The translations under genes and the position numbers were made by a program. This document shows, one piece after another, positions 13,680 to 28,314 of a stretch of 61,945 bases of DNA. The number at the start of each line of letters is the position of its first letter. Position 1 is the first letter of the stretch. The stretch covers positions 1-61,945 of the forward strand of contig MNCI01003447.1 of the NCBI GenBank assembly GCA_015680685.1, read 5' to 3'. The notes under the pieces were generated by a model. The model did not search any database. It was given only the letters and a program-made list of their open reading frames with translations, and had not been told where the DNA came from. This stretch comes from Gnetum montanum. Lineage: Eukaryota > Plantae > Gnetophyta.

Positions 13680-16110
13680 AGTGGTCAATACTTAATAACA
13701 ATGGTTAGTAAATTTCCATTGTAATTTTTAAATGTTTGACATGTTCTTCTCTTGACTTAGAATANTTAGTGGTTAATACTTAATAACAATGGTTGGAAAA
13801 TTTTCATTGTAATTTTCAAATGTTTGACATGTTCTTCTCTTAACTTAGAATAAACAAGTATATCATCCATAAATATTATAACAAACTAATCAAGATATTC
13901 ATGAAAATTATTATTCATTAATGTCTTGAATGTTGCAGGTGCATTAGTTAATCTAAATGGCATCACAATGAATTCATATAATCCATACCTAGTTTTGAAA
14001 GTAGTTTTCTCAATATCTTTCTCCTTAATTCTTATTTAGTGATAACTCAATTTTAGATCAATCTTTGAAAAATAATATCCACTCATAAGTTGATCAAACA
14101 AATCATTGATTCTAGGTAAAGGATAAGTATTTTTAATCATGACTTTATTCAATGCCCTATAATTGATGCATAATCTTAACATACCATCTTTCTTTTTAAC
14201 GAATAAGACTGGTGCACCCCAAGATGACATGCTAAGTCAAATTTTTCCTTCTTTTAATAGTTGATCTAATTGTACTTTCAATTCCCTTAATTCAAAAGTA
14301 GAAAATCTACAAGGGGATTTTGAAATAGGTTGTGTACTAGAAAAAATATTAATAGCATGCTCAATAGCTTTTTTTGAAGGTAGTTTCCTAGTTTCATCAA
14401 ATATTGAATCTTTATATTCCTCAAGTTCTTTTGGAATTTCAATACCAAAAGATTTCTAAGGTTGGGTTACTTTGATAACCAACATTGTAGTACCATTTTT
14501 GACTAATCTTTTGGCTTGTTGAATGGTTATCATGTGAATTTGCTTTGTTTTTCCTACCCCCTTAGAACTCTAACTCTATTAGTGGTTGGAACTTTTAAAA
14601 TATGAGTTCCAAAATGGGAAGCAATATCAATTTTTTGGAAAAAAGACATTCCTAAAACTTCATCAACATCACCTAGTTAAAATTCAAAGAATTCATCAAT
14701 GAAAGACGTCTTAGAAGGTAAAGGTAATTTTTTCGTACCTAGTATGCTTGCTCACGATTGTTCCATCTACAACTTCTATCTTAATAATCTTCTTGGATGG
14801 TAAACTTAATTTCAATAAATTAATTCACATTTGAAAAATAAAGTTATCACTAGCACCACTATCAATTAAAAATTTAATTTATCTACCTTTAATTGAACCT
14901 TCAAAAATTAGTGAAGAAAATTGAAATTTATGCAAACCTAATTTAGTTGATGTAGATATATTCTTCACGGTGTGGTGATGGTCAGTATTTTTTCTTTGTT
15001 TATGTTTGGGTCAAGTTTTTGATTCTTGATTTGATTGGTCCTTTGTACCCTTGCTCGTAATTTTGGATAGTCTCATTTAAAATGATCTTTGCCACAAAAA
15101 AACATCTTGATCCCAATTGAGCTCTCTTGGTCGATTTTTCTTCTACTATTTCTTGTTGAAGGGTAGCTTGTAAAAGGGTAGTTCATACCTGATTCGATTC
15201 TTCATATTCCTTTGTAATTCTATATGCTTCATTGACTATTTGAGGATTATGTGCTCATGTTTGGGGATGTAGTTATACATGTAATTCACCAATGAACTTT
15301 GAAGCTAAATATCCCTCATCCTAGTGGCTTAAATACTAAGAGAGATCACAAAATTTCTTGTACTAATATTCTACAAATCATCTTACCAATTTTAAGAAAT
15401 CAATCTCATTTTGTACTCTTTGAGGAAAGAATCATATACAAAGTTTTGTTTAAAATATTAACTAAGATTGAGCAAATTTGTAATCAAACCTTGAGATCTC
15501 AGTCCATTCCACCATGTTGTCGCAAGTCCTCTTAAATACAAGGAAACAACTTCTAAACATTCTTGGCTTGACAAATTTAACATATCAAAGTAGTTTCTCA
15601 TTGTATCAAGTCAATTCTTTACCTTGGCACTAGATCCAAGGGCTCCATCATAATGGTTTAATTTTACTCTCTTGGCATGAACTTGAGTCAGTGATTCTTT
15701 TGATGCATTATGCCAATTTCCATATCCCTCACCTTCAATTTCTACTCTATGACCTAAAGAAGGGATATCAATATCTTGGTGTCCAACAAGTGGGGGTTGG
15801 TTTTGATGTCAATCCCTAGGGGAAAGTTGATTATGATCTCTAGGTGAAACATGGCTAGGATTTGAAGGGTGAGTAACATGGTCAATTAAATACTTGATGG
15901 AGTTTGCAAAGGAATCCATCTGTTCTTGCACATCTAACCATTAATCCTTTGAACTCTACGATAATTTCCTAATTTATTTAGATATACTTTTCATCTCTAT
16001 TTTGAACCCTTGATTAGACTAATGAAGCTCTTCTTAAACATCCCTAATATCATTAATTTGATCCTAAAGGGCATTCATCTAGTCATTGACTTAAGTCTCC
16101 ATCCCTCTCC
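13680..16110 (-). pseudogene. Chromovirus-like (Tekay/Del-type) gag-protease-RT remnant, truncated after the RT core
   Basis: Protease KFLIDSGASDNF near 14850. RT reads [70 protein letters not shown]. The gag boundary is approximate. Confidence 0.82.
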
Positions 16111-16442
16111 AATGTATTGTTTGAGTTCTGGACATTAGTAATTTAAAGAAGTTAAGCATGTTTACTATCCTTGGCCTTTATGGTCCCTTTTTATGGGTCT
16201 CAAAATAGTTAATTAGTTGCAAAAGAGGTTAAAACTGTCATGAGTTTATACCTACCTAGAGAATCCTAATTGTTTTAGGACCTTAATTAATGGATTATGA
16301 GGAAATTTTCTACTATTTGAAGGCTAAATCTAATCATTCCATTTCATCCAAAAGTTTAATCATTTTTCATTTGGTTAAAAATGGTCTTTGGATTCAAAAT
16401 TTATGGCCATTTTAAGTTTGCCAAAACTTACATGATTTTTGA

Positions 16443-16507
16443 GACTTCCTGAGAGATCACCCATCCTAGTTCTTCTCTACATCAAGCATGCTTAATTAAG
16501 AAATTTT
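16443..16507 (-). other. 5S rRNA-derived fragment covering the internal Pol III control region
   Basis: ACTTCCTGAGAGATCACCCATCCTAGTTCTTCTCTACATCAAGCATGCTTAA aligns without gaps to the reverse complement of plant 5S rRNA (ACTTCCCAGGAGGTCACCCATCCTAGTACTACTCTCGCCCAAGCACGCTTAA, recalled). The 5S ends are missing. Confidence 0.78.
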
Positions 16508-16669
16508 TATTTTTGTTATTACTAGGGTGTCAAATTTGAATTTTGAAAAGCAGGGGATGATGCTAGGTGGCATAGCCCAAGCTTCCATGAAGTTGGCAAA
16601 GGAAGGGGAGGGGCTACACTGGATGATGTAGCCTAAGCCTACATGGCTCCTTTACCAAGGTGTGTGTGG

Positions 16670-17010
16670 CCCATTATAGGGCTTGCATGGTCCTTCTTGG
16701 GGGTACATGACCCTCTATTGGGCCTACACGATCCTCTACTGGGCCTGCATGATCCTTTACTTGGCCTGCATGTCCCATTTGAGGGCTTGCATGACCTTTC
16801 CTAGGATTCATGTGATTTCCAGATTACTAATGGCCCTAGAGGACATTTAGGATGCCTATTATTGATGGCATCATTGGTGCTAGGGGTGCCTATGATTGGA
16901 AGCATTGTCGATGCTAAGGATGCCTATGATTTAGGGTGTCGTTGGTGCTAGGGGTGATTGTGATTGGTAGCATCATCAGTGCTAGGGGTTGCCTATGATC
17001 TATGACATCG
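16670..17010. repeat. Degenerate minisatellites (GGCCTGCATGATCC-type, then GGTGCTAGGGGTGCCTATGATT-type)
   Basis: Units of about 21 and about 30 bp; the second type resumes after element B at about 26830 (AGGGATGCCTATGATT). Confidence 0.7.
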
Positions 17011-17041
17011 ATGATGTTTGTGGAGAACTAGGGGTGCTTGT

Positions 17042-17851
17042 TGATGAACCATGATATTGAGTCCATGATATCGGAGCCTTCCATGTGACATCAAGCATAC
17101 GATATCAGGACCTACCTTGTTACCTATAAATAAGAGGTAGGTGCACTTGGTTTGGCAATAGATTAGTTAGACCCTTACCCAAAATCTTACCTTTTCTCTC
17201 TCTTAGAGTTAGAATTATTTTTGTGTGCCCACAGTAGGAGTCATAAAGTGAACGGATCTTTATTCAAGCATTGTGTACCTGAGCACACCTTGTGTATGGC
17301 AATAAAGATAAAATTTGTGATAAACCTTGCAACATTAAGAATAGATTAATTAATGTTAATCAATGTTACTTAATTCTTTCCTTAGTTAATTAATATTCTC
17401 TCTCTCACCCTACAACTCTCGTAGTTAAGCACACTTAGTACGACCACTTTGAGCATGCGTGGAACACTTGGTAACCCAGTAACGATTAGTGTTTGGTAAT
17501 CTCAGTAGTGTGACACTAGTTCAAGATGTGTATGATAAGTGCGAACAGATGCTAGTGTTAGGACTAGTTAGAGCATAGCCAATTAGTTAAGTTAAGTTAG
17601 TTACTTAATTGGTTCACTTCTCCCTTTGTAGAACTAGGACATAAAAATATAAAAAAATATAAAAATCATGTACATCAAGTATAGTTAATCATACAATCAT
17701 GCTATACAAGTAAGCTTGGAAAGACAATGATTGACTAACCCATCCTTGTTTCACAAAGGTGCATAAGCACTTGGTCCTTGTAATTTGACCAGATTATGCG
17801 TGGACACTCGTATTCATATGGTTGAGCGTAGGGATACCTCGCCACTCATCA
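17042..17851 (+). repeat. 5' LTR of element B
   Basis: Direct repeat of 25958-26795; contains CCTATAAATA near 17122. Confidence 0.9.
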
Positions 17852-17852
17852 T

Positions 17853-17870
17853 TAGCACTATTGTCAGGGA
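17853..17870 (+). other. Degenerate tRNA-Asp primer binding site
   Basis: TAGCACTATTGTCAGGGA differs from TGGCGCCGTTGCCGGGGA only by G>A and C>T changes. Confidence 0.75.
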
Positions 17871-17989
17871 CTTTATTGTTTGTGCACTAATTAGAACTTA
17901 GAAAATCTTTCTCATCATTGGAACAAACCCTTAGGGTTGGTTATCTTACAATTATTAAAAGGAAGAATATTGCACATTGAATAGACAAT

Positions 17990-20900
17990 CATATCTCCTT
18001 CTTCTTACAAAAGTGCTTCATCACCTAGGTCCAATACAGAGAATAATGAGAGGCATAGTACACATGATGATCCACTAGTATCCCAATAGTTCCATGTGGT
18101 ATATGTTCATCCTAATGAATATGTACCAAACTTTACCTTTATCCTCCATTAGGATGAACAACTATGTTGGCAAGATTTAGAAGGTAACATAGTGTTACCT
18201 CTCGATCACTCATTCTTGAGCATGATTTTTTGTGCTCTCACATGAATTGGCATGTAGCATTTACAAGAAGAATACATTGTGCATGAACATGAATTAAGAG
18301 AGTATCAACCCACAGAGGCACAACGTCAAAGGAACTTACAACAAGAGAGAGATCAAAAGTATATGAAGGGCAAGTGGTCTCAGGATATCCCACATGTCCC
18401 AAGTGAAAATGAGGGTGGTGAACCTACCTCAAGAGGTTTCCGATGAAACAATGTTTCCCCCGTTGACATTGGTCAAGGGGTTGTGTATCAGAACCTTCAT
18501 TTAGCCATCCATAACCCAGGTTTTGATACCACTGGACATAAAGGATTTGAAAAATGAATACACACACATGATAAAGATGGACATGCTAATTGTAACCACG
18601 ATCAAGGCCATGACCACTGAAGAGAAGGTAGCAGGCACCATCATGGTGGTGGTTCTCCTTCTCCTTCACCTTCATCATTTCCTTCACCCTCTCCTTTAGG
18701 ATTCGGATGTAGTCATAGAGGAAACGACCATGAGGATAAAGGTAGGAAATGTGGAAGTCATAGATGAAATAGCCAGGAAAGGGGATGAGGGCAATCTAGA
18801 GAATCATAGCACAGAAAAAGGAAAATTAGGGAACAACATAGGCATCATAGACACCATAGACAAGACAATCATGATGAACCACTAGTCACTACTCGAAGTA
18901 TGCTAGACATAACTGAGGTTGTTAAAGTTCCAACAAGCCATAAAAAAGATAGGAGGATCAAGAGATTAGACATGAACAATATTGCATGATTTGAAGGGGG
19001 ATACAACATTGATCCTCAAAATCATCTATAAGCATTTCATGATGCATGTGCCTTACAAAACATAGAAATAGAATGGAAAAAACTAAAGTTGTTCCCATGA
19101 ACACTAGTTAAAGAAGTAGAGAGCTAGTACTAGTCCTTAGAACTAGAATCCATTCATAGGTGGAGTACCATGTTAGAATTATTCAACGATAAGTACCAAA
19201 TGTACTCCTGAGTGTCCAACCTACGAAAGCAAATCCAAGCATGTAAATAAGGAGGACATGAACCCTTGGATGCTACCATGGGCCAATATTATGCATTATT
19301 ACATCATTGTCCTGGCCATGGTTATTTTCAGAGGGATCAGCTACGCTATCTCGTAGATGGGCTTAGGCATGAAACATGAAGAACCCTTAGGATTTATGCC
19401 CAAGGAAGGCTATCCGAGCTTAGGGCCCATAAAGTACAAAGATTATTAGAGCAAGTTGCTAAAGAGGAAGGTCAGTTAAGGACAAGAGAGAGTGCAAAGG
19501 AATATAATAAAGATCATTCTCTCTAAAATAAGGGAGTCAGATTTTGTGAGGATGAAGAAGAGTCACCACTCAAACAAATGGTGAATAGGAAAATCATGCC
19601 TATTCAAAAATTGACATCAAAAGTATCAACAAAGGTAGACCAAATGTTAGAATCCCTAGATAATATATTTCAAACCATTCTCAAAATAGTAGAGGAGTCT
19701 AGAGAGTAAGGTAGTGAACAAGAAAAGAGAAAAGAAGAGAAGAAAAATATGCATGCAACAAGGGTAAGGGAAAAGTTTCCACCATAGAAGAGGTTTTCTA
19801 TTTGGATATAGAAAATGATAGTGGATGTGAGATATGCCAATATGACCATCCTAAGGGATTTTGCCCTATAATCTCACATCTGCAAGAGTCTGGGGTGTAT
19901 GCACTCAACCCACAATTAAATAGAAGGCAAACACCCCAAAGGTTACGTTATCCTCAAGGTAACCCAAGACAGTTCCACCAACCCTTAACGTATTATCCAA
20001 GTGAAACTCCACCATAATCAATTGAGCAGCATCAATAGTGGAAACACCCACAATCATCTAGAATGCCACCACCATAGCAATAGTATCCTTGCCGTCAACC
20101 TGACTCATATGGATATTATGTGTAGCAGCCAATCTCTCCACATGACTCTACTGATCATGTCACTTATCAAATTTACTACCAAGCCCATGAGTATTATAGG
20201 ACTCCTTCTCCTAGGGGTGATGTTCCAAAAACATACTATCCTTCTCATCCGACTACATCTCTTCCATCCATATCTCCATTACCACCTGCTCTAGCTATGC
20301 AGGGTGAGCTCCCTGCCCAACCACAGCAATGTAATGCTATGAGGGCTGTTAACTCTTAATCTACTATTGGTTCTAATAACTGCATGAGGAAAAGACCTTT
20401 TAATCCCTTAGATGCCTCATTACCAATAAAAAATTTAGAACTCCCTTTAGACCAAACACCACACCCAATGCATATGGTCATGTTAACTCATGCCGTCACT
20501 GATTAGATAAAAGCTAGCCATCTTCCTAGGAAATTCTCTAATCCTGGGAGTCCTCCTATATATCTACAAATTGCTGGGAATGAACCATGAAAGGCTCTTT
20601 TAGATTCAAGTTCTAAGATCAACTTAATTTCTCAAGAAATGTATAAGTCCTGGAACCTACCTCCATTAAGAATGAGTAACATTCATTTAGAGCTCGCTAA
20701 CCAATCCATCATTGTCCCATTAGGACTATAGGAGAACATTGTTACCACTATTTGTGGATGGTCATATCCAGCTGATATCCTAGTAATTCAAGTGAACAAT
20801 AGTAAGGGGGACTTCACAATCATAATGGAAAGAGCATGGCTAAGCACAATTGATGTGTGCCTAGGAATCTATGATCTTTCCTTGGAAATATCAAAGGAAA

Positions 20901-23900
20901 ATACGTTTGAAAAGATCAAGAAGAAGAAAGTTCCATGCATTGCATATAGTGACACATGGTGTAATTGCATGCAAAAGTCATGATTTTTATAACATTTAAC
21001 ATTGCTTGCATGCAATCAGTGTGCACAAGTAACTAATATACAAAGATGCCTATATGTAGTAGTCACAAGACAAGAAGACACTTAATGGCTGACAACTAAT
21101 CAAAAGAGTAGTTCAACTATATGCATAGAACCAATTGAGGGTTTGACTTGTGCTTACATCGATAGCATAGACACATTAGAGTAAGTCCATCATCAAATTC
21201 CAAGTCTTGACATTGAAAATATTAATTGGAGGAAGTTGGAAATCCATGATAAGTTTAAGTAGGAGCCCCTTGAGTTAAAACCATTGCCCACCAATATGGA
21301 ATATGTGCTTCTCAAGAATAGAAAACTGATAATTATTAATGATAAGATTGCTCCTCAACAAAAAGAGAGACTACTAAAGGTAATAAATAAATGGTTGAAA
21401 GCCTTTGCTTGGTCATATCCTAAATTAATAGAAATAGATCTTAGTATATGCCAACATAGAATTTACATTGACCCCTCTATGAAGCTTCGAAGACAACCAC
21501 AAAGGCAACTTAACCCAAAGCTTAAGCAAGTGGTTAAGAAAGAAATCAAATAGCTTCTAAAAGCTGGGTTCATATACCCCATTGTTGATAGTAAATGGGT
21601 TAGTCCCTTAGTTACTGTGCCTAAAAAGGAAGGTAAATGGAGGATGTGCATAGATTTTAGGCTACTGAATATGGTAACATTCAAAAACCACTTTCCGTTG
21701 CCATTCATAAACCAAGTCTTAGACACCATTGCAGGGCATCACTACTATAGTTTTCTGGATGGGTACAGTGGGTACAACTAAATACAAATAGCCCTAGAAG
21801 ACCAAGCCAAGACTATGTTCACTAGTTCTTGGGGAACATTTTCATACAAACAGATGTCATTTGGCTTGTGCAATGCTCCTACAACATTTCAATGATTAGT
21901 TCTAAGCATATTCCAATAGCAGATAGGAAACAACATGGAGGTCTTCATGGATGACTTCTCCACCTACAGAGAGAACTTTGATCAAGCCTTGGACTGGTTA
22001 GAGCAAGTACTAAAACAATTTGTAGAAACCAACTTAAGGCTCAACTAGCAAAAAATCCATTTAATGGCCCAAGAAGGTGTTGTGCTAGGGCATAAGATCT
22101 CACAAACAGTGATAGAGGTAGACCCTGAAAAGATCAAAGTTATCCAAGGAATTACTCAGCAACCTAAAACTATAAAAGATATTCAGTCATTCCTTGGACA
22201 CACTGGCTATTACAAATGCTTTATTGAGAACTTTTCAAAGGTTGCAAGACCATTAGTTTAACTGACGAAAAAGGATGTACCTTTCAAATGGACCAGGGAA
22301 TGTGAATTAGCTTTCCAAAATTTAAAATAGAAGCTCATGGAAACACCCATTCTACAAGCTCCTGACTAGTCCAAACCATTCCATATAATGACTAACACGT
22401 CCAACTATGCTTTAGGAGCTATACTTACATAGTTAGAAGGCTAAAACTGTCCTTATTACATCCACTATGTAAGTAGAAGTATTTTTGGTGCACAACTTAA
22501 CTACACTACAACAAAGAATGAGTTAATGGTTGTAGCGTTTGCACTAGAAAAATTTAGGCACTATGTATTGGATTATAAGGTATTTGTACATATGGATCAC
22601 AGTGCAATATGGTTCCTAATGAATAAACCAATGGTGAGCCCTCACATTATACGATGGCTTGTAATCTTATAGGAGTTCGATCTTGTTATGATTGATTGTA
22701 AATGCTCCGAGAACATTGTTGTTCATCATTTATCTTGGTTGTGATTGAACAACAAAGAGGATGAGTATCCAATTTCTAATCATTTCCCTAATGAACTCCT
22801 ATTTGCAGGTGTAGTAACTAATCAATTAACCATGGAGACAAACTAGTATAGTAGTATTCTCACCTATCTCCTTCACAACAAACACCACAAGAGTTAGATG
22901 CTAAAAAGAAATAATAGTTTCTTCACTGAGCCAAGTATTTTATGGAAATTAATAGGCAACTTTATAAAGTATGTCCTGATGGCTTGGTTCAATGGTGCAT
23001 TCTCGATATAAATCAACTGCAAGTTCTCCAAGATGCTCATGAGGGTCTTTGTTGGGGTCATTATGTTGGGATACAAACAACCATTAAAATCCTGCTTGCA
23101 AGATATTATTGGCCTACATTGTTTTAGGATGCCCATCATTTCATCCAATCTTGTGAGCACTGTCAATGTGACGGGGGAATGACTGCTAGAATGGAGGATC
23201 CACAACAATGGATTCAACCTTTAGAGCCCTTCAATATTTGTGGAATTGATTTTATGGGGTCCATTACACCAATGTCTAATGGAAAAGCTTACATCATTGT
23301 TACCATTGACTACTTTACAATATGAGTAGAAGAAATTGCTGTTACAAATTTTACATCATCTACCACTACAAAATTTGTTCAACAACAAATCGTAAATAGG
23401 TTTGGCGTGCCTCATGCACTTATTTTTGACAATGACACATTTTACAGGTGCAACTTTTTGGAAGTTGATGCAATGCGTAGGGGTTGAACATAAATTGACT
23501 ATACCATACCACCCTCAAACAAATGGTCAAGATGAAGTCACCAGTAGGGAGATTACAAAAATATTGACAAGAACCATTAGCAAGTATAGGTGAGATTGGA
23601 GCACCAAACTGAACAATGCTCTTTGGCATACTGCTCCACATGGAAACTCCCTATAGGCTACTCTCCATATGATTTAGTGTATGGGAAACTTCCAACACTT
23701 TCCATTCAAGCAGAACTCTATACACTATCTATGGCATGTGATCTCAACCTTGACCTTGATCTAGTACAAAAAGAATGGTTAAAGATCCTTAACTTACTAG
23801 ATGAGAACTGGTTAGCTACCCTATCATCTAACGAATTGCATAAGGCCTTCAATAAACAACATCATAACCTAAGGATTAGAAAACTTAAATATCAACCAGG

Positions 23901-24189
23901 AGATAAGGTTCTCTACTGGAATCCCACACATGTGCCACCACAAGCCAAATTTCAAATGTCGTGGAAAGAACCTTATGTCATTCATGCAACTTTTTCTTCA
24001 AGAGCCATGATGATTTACAAACTTGAGAGCCTAGACAAGAAACTATTGATCAACATCCAACAAACCAAACCTTTTGATGAGCCTAGGAAATCTAGTACCA
24101 ATGCTACCTCTATAGGTGGACAAACTTGCTCCCTATTCTGGATTGCCTCCTACCACCTTAGTCATGGGGGAGATGGTCACCAATGCTAA
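17990..24189 (+). pseudogene. Decayed gag-pol of element B
   Basis: Gag FEGGYNIDPQNHL..KLKLFP near 19000; protease ALLDSSSKINLI near 20595; RT WVSPLVTVPKK..SFLDGYSGY..FMDDF; RNase H LNYTTTKNEL; integrase AHEGLCWGH..YHPQTNGQ. Start is approximate. Confidence 0.88.
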
Positions 24190-24805
24190 CCATTCAAAGC
24201 CCTTAGTTCCTTTTGTATTTCTTTCTTACATATTTTTGTTTTGCACATTTTTCAATTTTACTTATTTNCTTACATATTTTTGTTTTGCACATTTTTCAAT
24301 TTTACTTATTTTTTGTCTTACACCATCATTCATATTTTTACTATTTCTTTGTTTGATTTACTTTTATTCATCTTATAATAAGTGCTCATGATGGTGGATT
24401 GTATTATAATGATGTTGGTTGCTAATGTTTGGTTTTTGCCTTTGATTTTCAGTGTTGATACTAAGATATGGTTTTTTTTTTATAAAACAGGCAATGAGTC
24501 CACACTGTCCATTCATCCATTCAACTCTATAGTCTCACTTGGCTTGGAATTGTACTATCCCTTTTCCTAAATAAACTTGTTAATGAATTGGTGGCTTCAT
24601 ATTCTTCAAACCAAGGAAGGACTCAATGGTTGAAAATCATGTGACTTCAAGGGGATTTGATGCACTTTTGCTGGCTATTCACTTAGGTACATGTATGCTT
24701 TTCATGGGTATTCTACCATTTTGACATTGACGTACTATTAGGAAGCTGAGTGAAAAAATAAATAAATAATAAGTCTTTGCACGGTGTGGTTCTCATGCAA
24801 AAAAN

Positions 24806-25160
24806 NNNNNNNNNNNNNNNNNNNNNNNNNNNNNNNNNNNNNNNNNNNNNNNNNNNNNNNNNNNNNNNNNNNNNNNNNNNNNNNNNNNNNNNNNNNNNNN
24901 NNNNNNNNNNNNNNNNNNNNNNNNNNNNNNNNNNNNNNNNNNNNNNNNNNNNNNNNNNNNNNNNNNNNNNNNNNNNNNNNNNNNNNNNNNNNNNNNNNNN
25001 NNNNNNNNNNNNNNNNNNNNNNNNNNNNNNNNNNNNNNNNNNNNNNNNNNNNNNNNNNNNNNNNNNNNNNNNNNNNNNNNNNNNNNNNNNNNNNNNNNNN
25101 NNNNNNNNNNNNNNNNNNNNNNNNNNNNNNNNNNNNNNNNNNNNNNNNNNNNNNNNNNNN
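24806..25160. other. Assembly gap (N run)
   Basis: Run of N; ORFs spanning it are artefacts. Confidence 0.99.
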
Positions 25161-25957
25161 CATAAAAGGCATATGCCTACTTTGGGGAGGACCCATTGGC
25201 ATTCGTTTATGGTGTAATTGTTAAATTTTTTTCCTTAAACATTTCTTGCAATTAGTAATTTCTCATTTCATCCCCATCCATGACAATCCATTTTATTGGC
25301 ATCACCATTGTTATTTTTCCCATATTTCTTGTTCCTTCTATTTTTTCCATCTTATTGCTACCATAGGTTCACTCTTAGTCATGGGGGCCCTATCACAACT
25401 TTTTTTATTCTACTACTTGTTTCACCCCTACACCTCAGGTAGTCACTAGTAATAAACCTCTAACCTAGTATCTGCCATAACCACAACTCAAGCAATGCAC
25501 TTTATATCGAGGAAAGGTATCAATTGCATTGTGGCTTATCTATCCTTGCTAATTTGTGACTATGTTGTGTGTGCAGATGGAGATCATACAAACAATGAAC
25601 TGAGATAGGAGGGAGCACTCATGATGGATTGGAGCTTGAGCATTTACGAAAGAAACAAGTTTGGTCATGTGGCTATGGATAAATAATGGAAGGCATAATC
25701 TCAGCATCGGCAACAATATGCCTCATCTTCTTTGCTCTCACTCTAAGCTATCAAATAAGAGTCTAGATGTCATTTATGTACAGTGTTCACCACCATGGTT
25801 ATGAACACCAATGTTGTAATGTGTTGTTGATCCATTCACTGGGCACTTTGAATCTGTCACCCCATTCTAGCGTCAGTGTCATTTAGTTAATAATCCCATG
25901 CCTTTCCAATATTTTGTAAGGAAATCGAGGACATGCTTTCATTTAGTCATGGGGGTA

Positions 25958-26795
25958 TGTTGAACTGTGATATTGAGATCGCAATATCGCATTCGTGATA
26001 TCGAGTCCACGATATCGGAGCCTTCCACATGATATCAGGCATCTGATACCAGGACCTGCCTTGTTGCCTATAAATAAGAGGCAGGTGCATTTGGTTTAGC
26101 AATAGATTAGTTAGACCCTTAGCCAAACTCTTGCCTTTTCTCCCTCTTAGAGTTAGAATTATTTTTGGGTGCACGTAGTAGGAGTCATAAAGTGAACGGA
26201 TCTTTATTCAAGCATTGTGTACCTGAGCACACCTTTTGTACAACAATAAAGACAAACTTTGTGATAAACCTTGTAGCATTCAAAATAAATTAATTAATGT
26301 TAATTATTATTACTTAATTCTTTCCTTAGTTAATTAATGTTCTCTCTCTCATCCTACAACTCTCCTTAGTAAGTAGACTCAACACGACCACTTCGAGCAT
26401 GCGTGGAACACTTGGTAACCCAGTAACGATTATCGTTTGGTAATCCTAGTAGTGTGATGCTGGTTCAATATGGGTACGTTAAGTGGGAATGGATGCTAGT
26501 GTTAAGACTAGTTAGAGCATAGACAATTAGTTAAGTTAAGTTAGTTACTTAATTAGTTCACTTCTCCCTTTGTAGCACTAGGACATAAAAATATAAAAAA
26601 CTATAAAAATCATGTACATCAAGTTTACTTAACCATACAATCATGCTATACAAGTAAGCTTGGGAAGATAACAATTGATTAACCCATCCTTGTTCCACAA
26701 AGGTGCATAAGCACTTAGTCCTTGGAATTCGACCAAATCATGCATGGATGCTTGTATTCATATGATTGAGCATAGGGATACCTCTCCACTCATCA
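25958..26795 (+). repeat. 3' LTR of element B
   Basis: Preceded by the PPT-like TGGGGGTA; ends CACTCATCA followed by the target-site duplication. Confidence 0.9.
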
Positions 26796-28314
26796 CTTGT
26801 GATTCACAACATTGACAGTATCTACAGAGCATTAGGGATGCCTATGATTCGTAGCACCATTAGCTTTTGTGGAGTAGTAGGCTTGTGGTGGCTAGGGTAT
26901 CTAGACACAAGAATGAACCAAGCGGCAATGCATGGGTGGGGTAGTGGCAGTAGCATGGAGGACCCAAGAAGCGATGAACGACGCATGGCCACCCTTGGCT
27001 ACTATCAAGTAGGGTTGGTCATGGCCCTACTAAGGATTGTTTGTACTATTTATAAAAAACTATTTAGGGGTTAGGGTTGAACCCATGACCTCTTACTTTC
27101 CATTTTTTTTGTTTTTTATGAACAAAAATTAAAAAATTAAATTTAAATTTTTTTAAAAAGTACCTTTTTAATCTTAACTACATCTAACTTGAGAAGCATT
27201 GTATCTCCCAAACCGTAAGTTAGATTTCGATAAAATTGGTACTATTGGAATTGTCTCAGAGAGCACTACATGTTGAGTTGGTGATGACATTATTATGGTT
27301 GACCTAGCAATCACAAAATCATAAAAAGTGAGTGTTAGCTTTATTAAATCATTAATTAACTTAAGTTTATACTTCCTCTTTGCTCTTGCTAAGATTTTTG
27401 CTATTCTTTTATAAATATAAGAAGAAGAAAGACTTTGCCCATCATAGTTCAATATCAGCATAAGATTAAAGGATTTCATTAGCATAGAAGCTTGAATATT
27501 TCTACCATTAAAGGATTTTAACCATCATCATCATGGCCCCAAAGTGTCCTACCCAAGCTCCTTCTTCAACTTCAGGTAGCTCCAAATTGATGTCCATTCT
27601 TTTTCACCAAAATAGTGTACTAACTTCTTCCAATATTGTTCATGATTTAGTTGAAAAGGAGGGGCTTTAGTTGGTTATCACTCTCCAATTATCTGAATTA
27701 CTAATCTTCCCTATTTTCAAGGCAACCAAGTGTAAAGACTTACTAATTCAATGGTGTGATTTTTATAATAATAGTATAAGCACCACTTCTCAACTATTTT
27801 TTAGGCCGATAATTGTTATTTCATTTGATATTCAAACAGCCTTAGGTTTTCACCAAGGGAAGGATTCTTTAATTCCATTAATTTTGACCCCTAAATTTAA
27901 ATTATTTTTCATAAAAGAATTATTAGAAAATGTTAGGGATTCTATTACCAGCAAAAAGCCAATTTCTTTGTGGAAATTTCATGCATGAAATTCACTTTAA
28001 ATTATGTCAATTCATCCTTAGTAAGATTTTTTGGGATCAACACCAATCTTATGTTACTACATTTTCCATCTATACACTTCATGGTGCCATAAATGGCAGA
28101 GTTTATGATTGGTCACTATCTTGTTTTTCCTACATTGTACAATGCCATGAGTGGAGCTACTACTACTAAACAAAATCCCAATAAACCATATACCATATGT
28201 TGTGTGCCTTTGATCATGTGTTTAATTCTAAGTTACAATCCTTCAACCAAACTCTTTATCCTATATGATCCTAGTTTACATTCTAAATTTCTTGTAGTGG
28301 ATAAAATTATATAG

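Larger units (their letters stand above)
17042..26795 (+). mobile_element. Athila-like Ty3/Gypsy LTR retrotransposon (element B)
   Basis: Paired LTRs with TGATGA...TCATCA termini; CTTGT duplication (17037-17041 and 26796-26800); Asp-type PBS; TGGGGG PPT; pol has no aRH. Confidence 0.9.

Noticed and set aside
13678-13851. Tandem duplications at single Ns (also near 24268, 28913 and 40208)
   Set aside because: Each junction is an N, consistent with unmerged contig overlaps rather than biology.
16443-16507. Functional 5S rRNA gene
   Set aside because: Only the central part is present, it is diverged, and it is not in an rDNA array.
24738-25224. ORFs of 146-154 aa in the supplied track
   Set aside because: Composed of X residues from the N gap.
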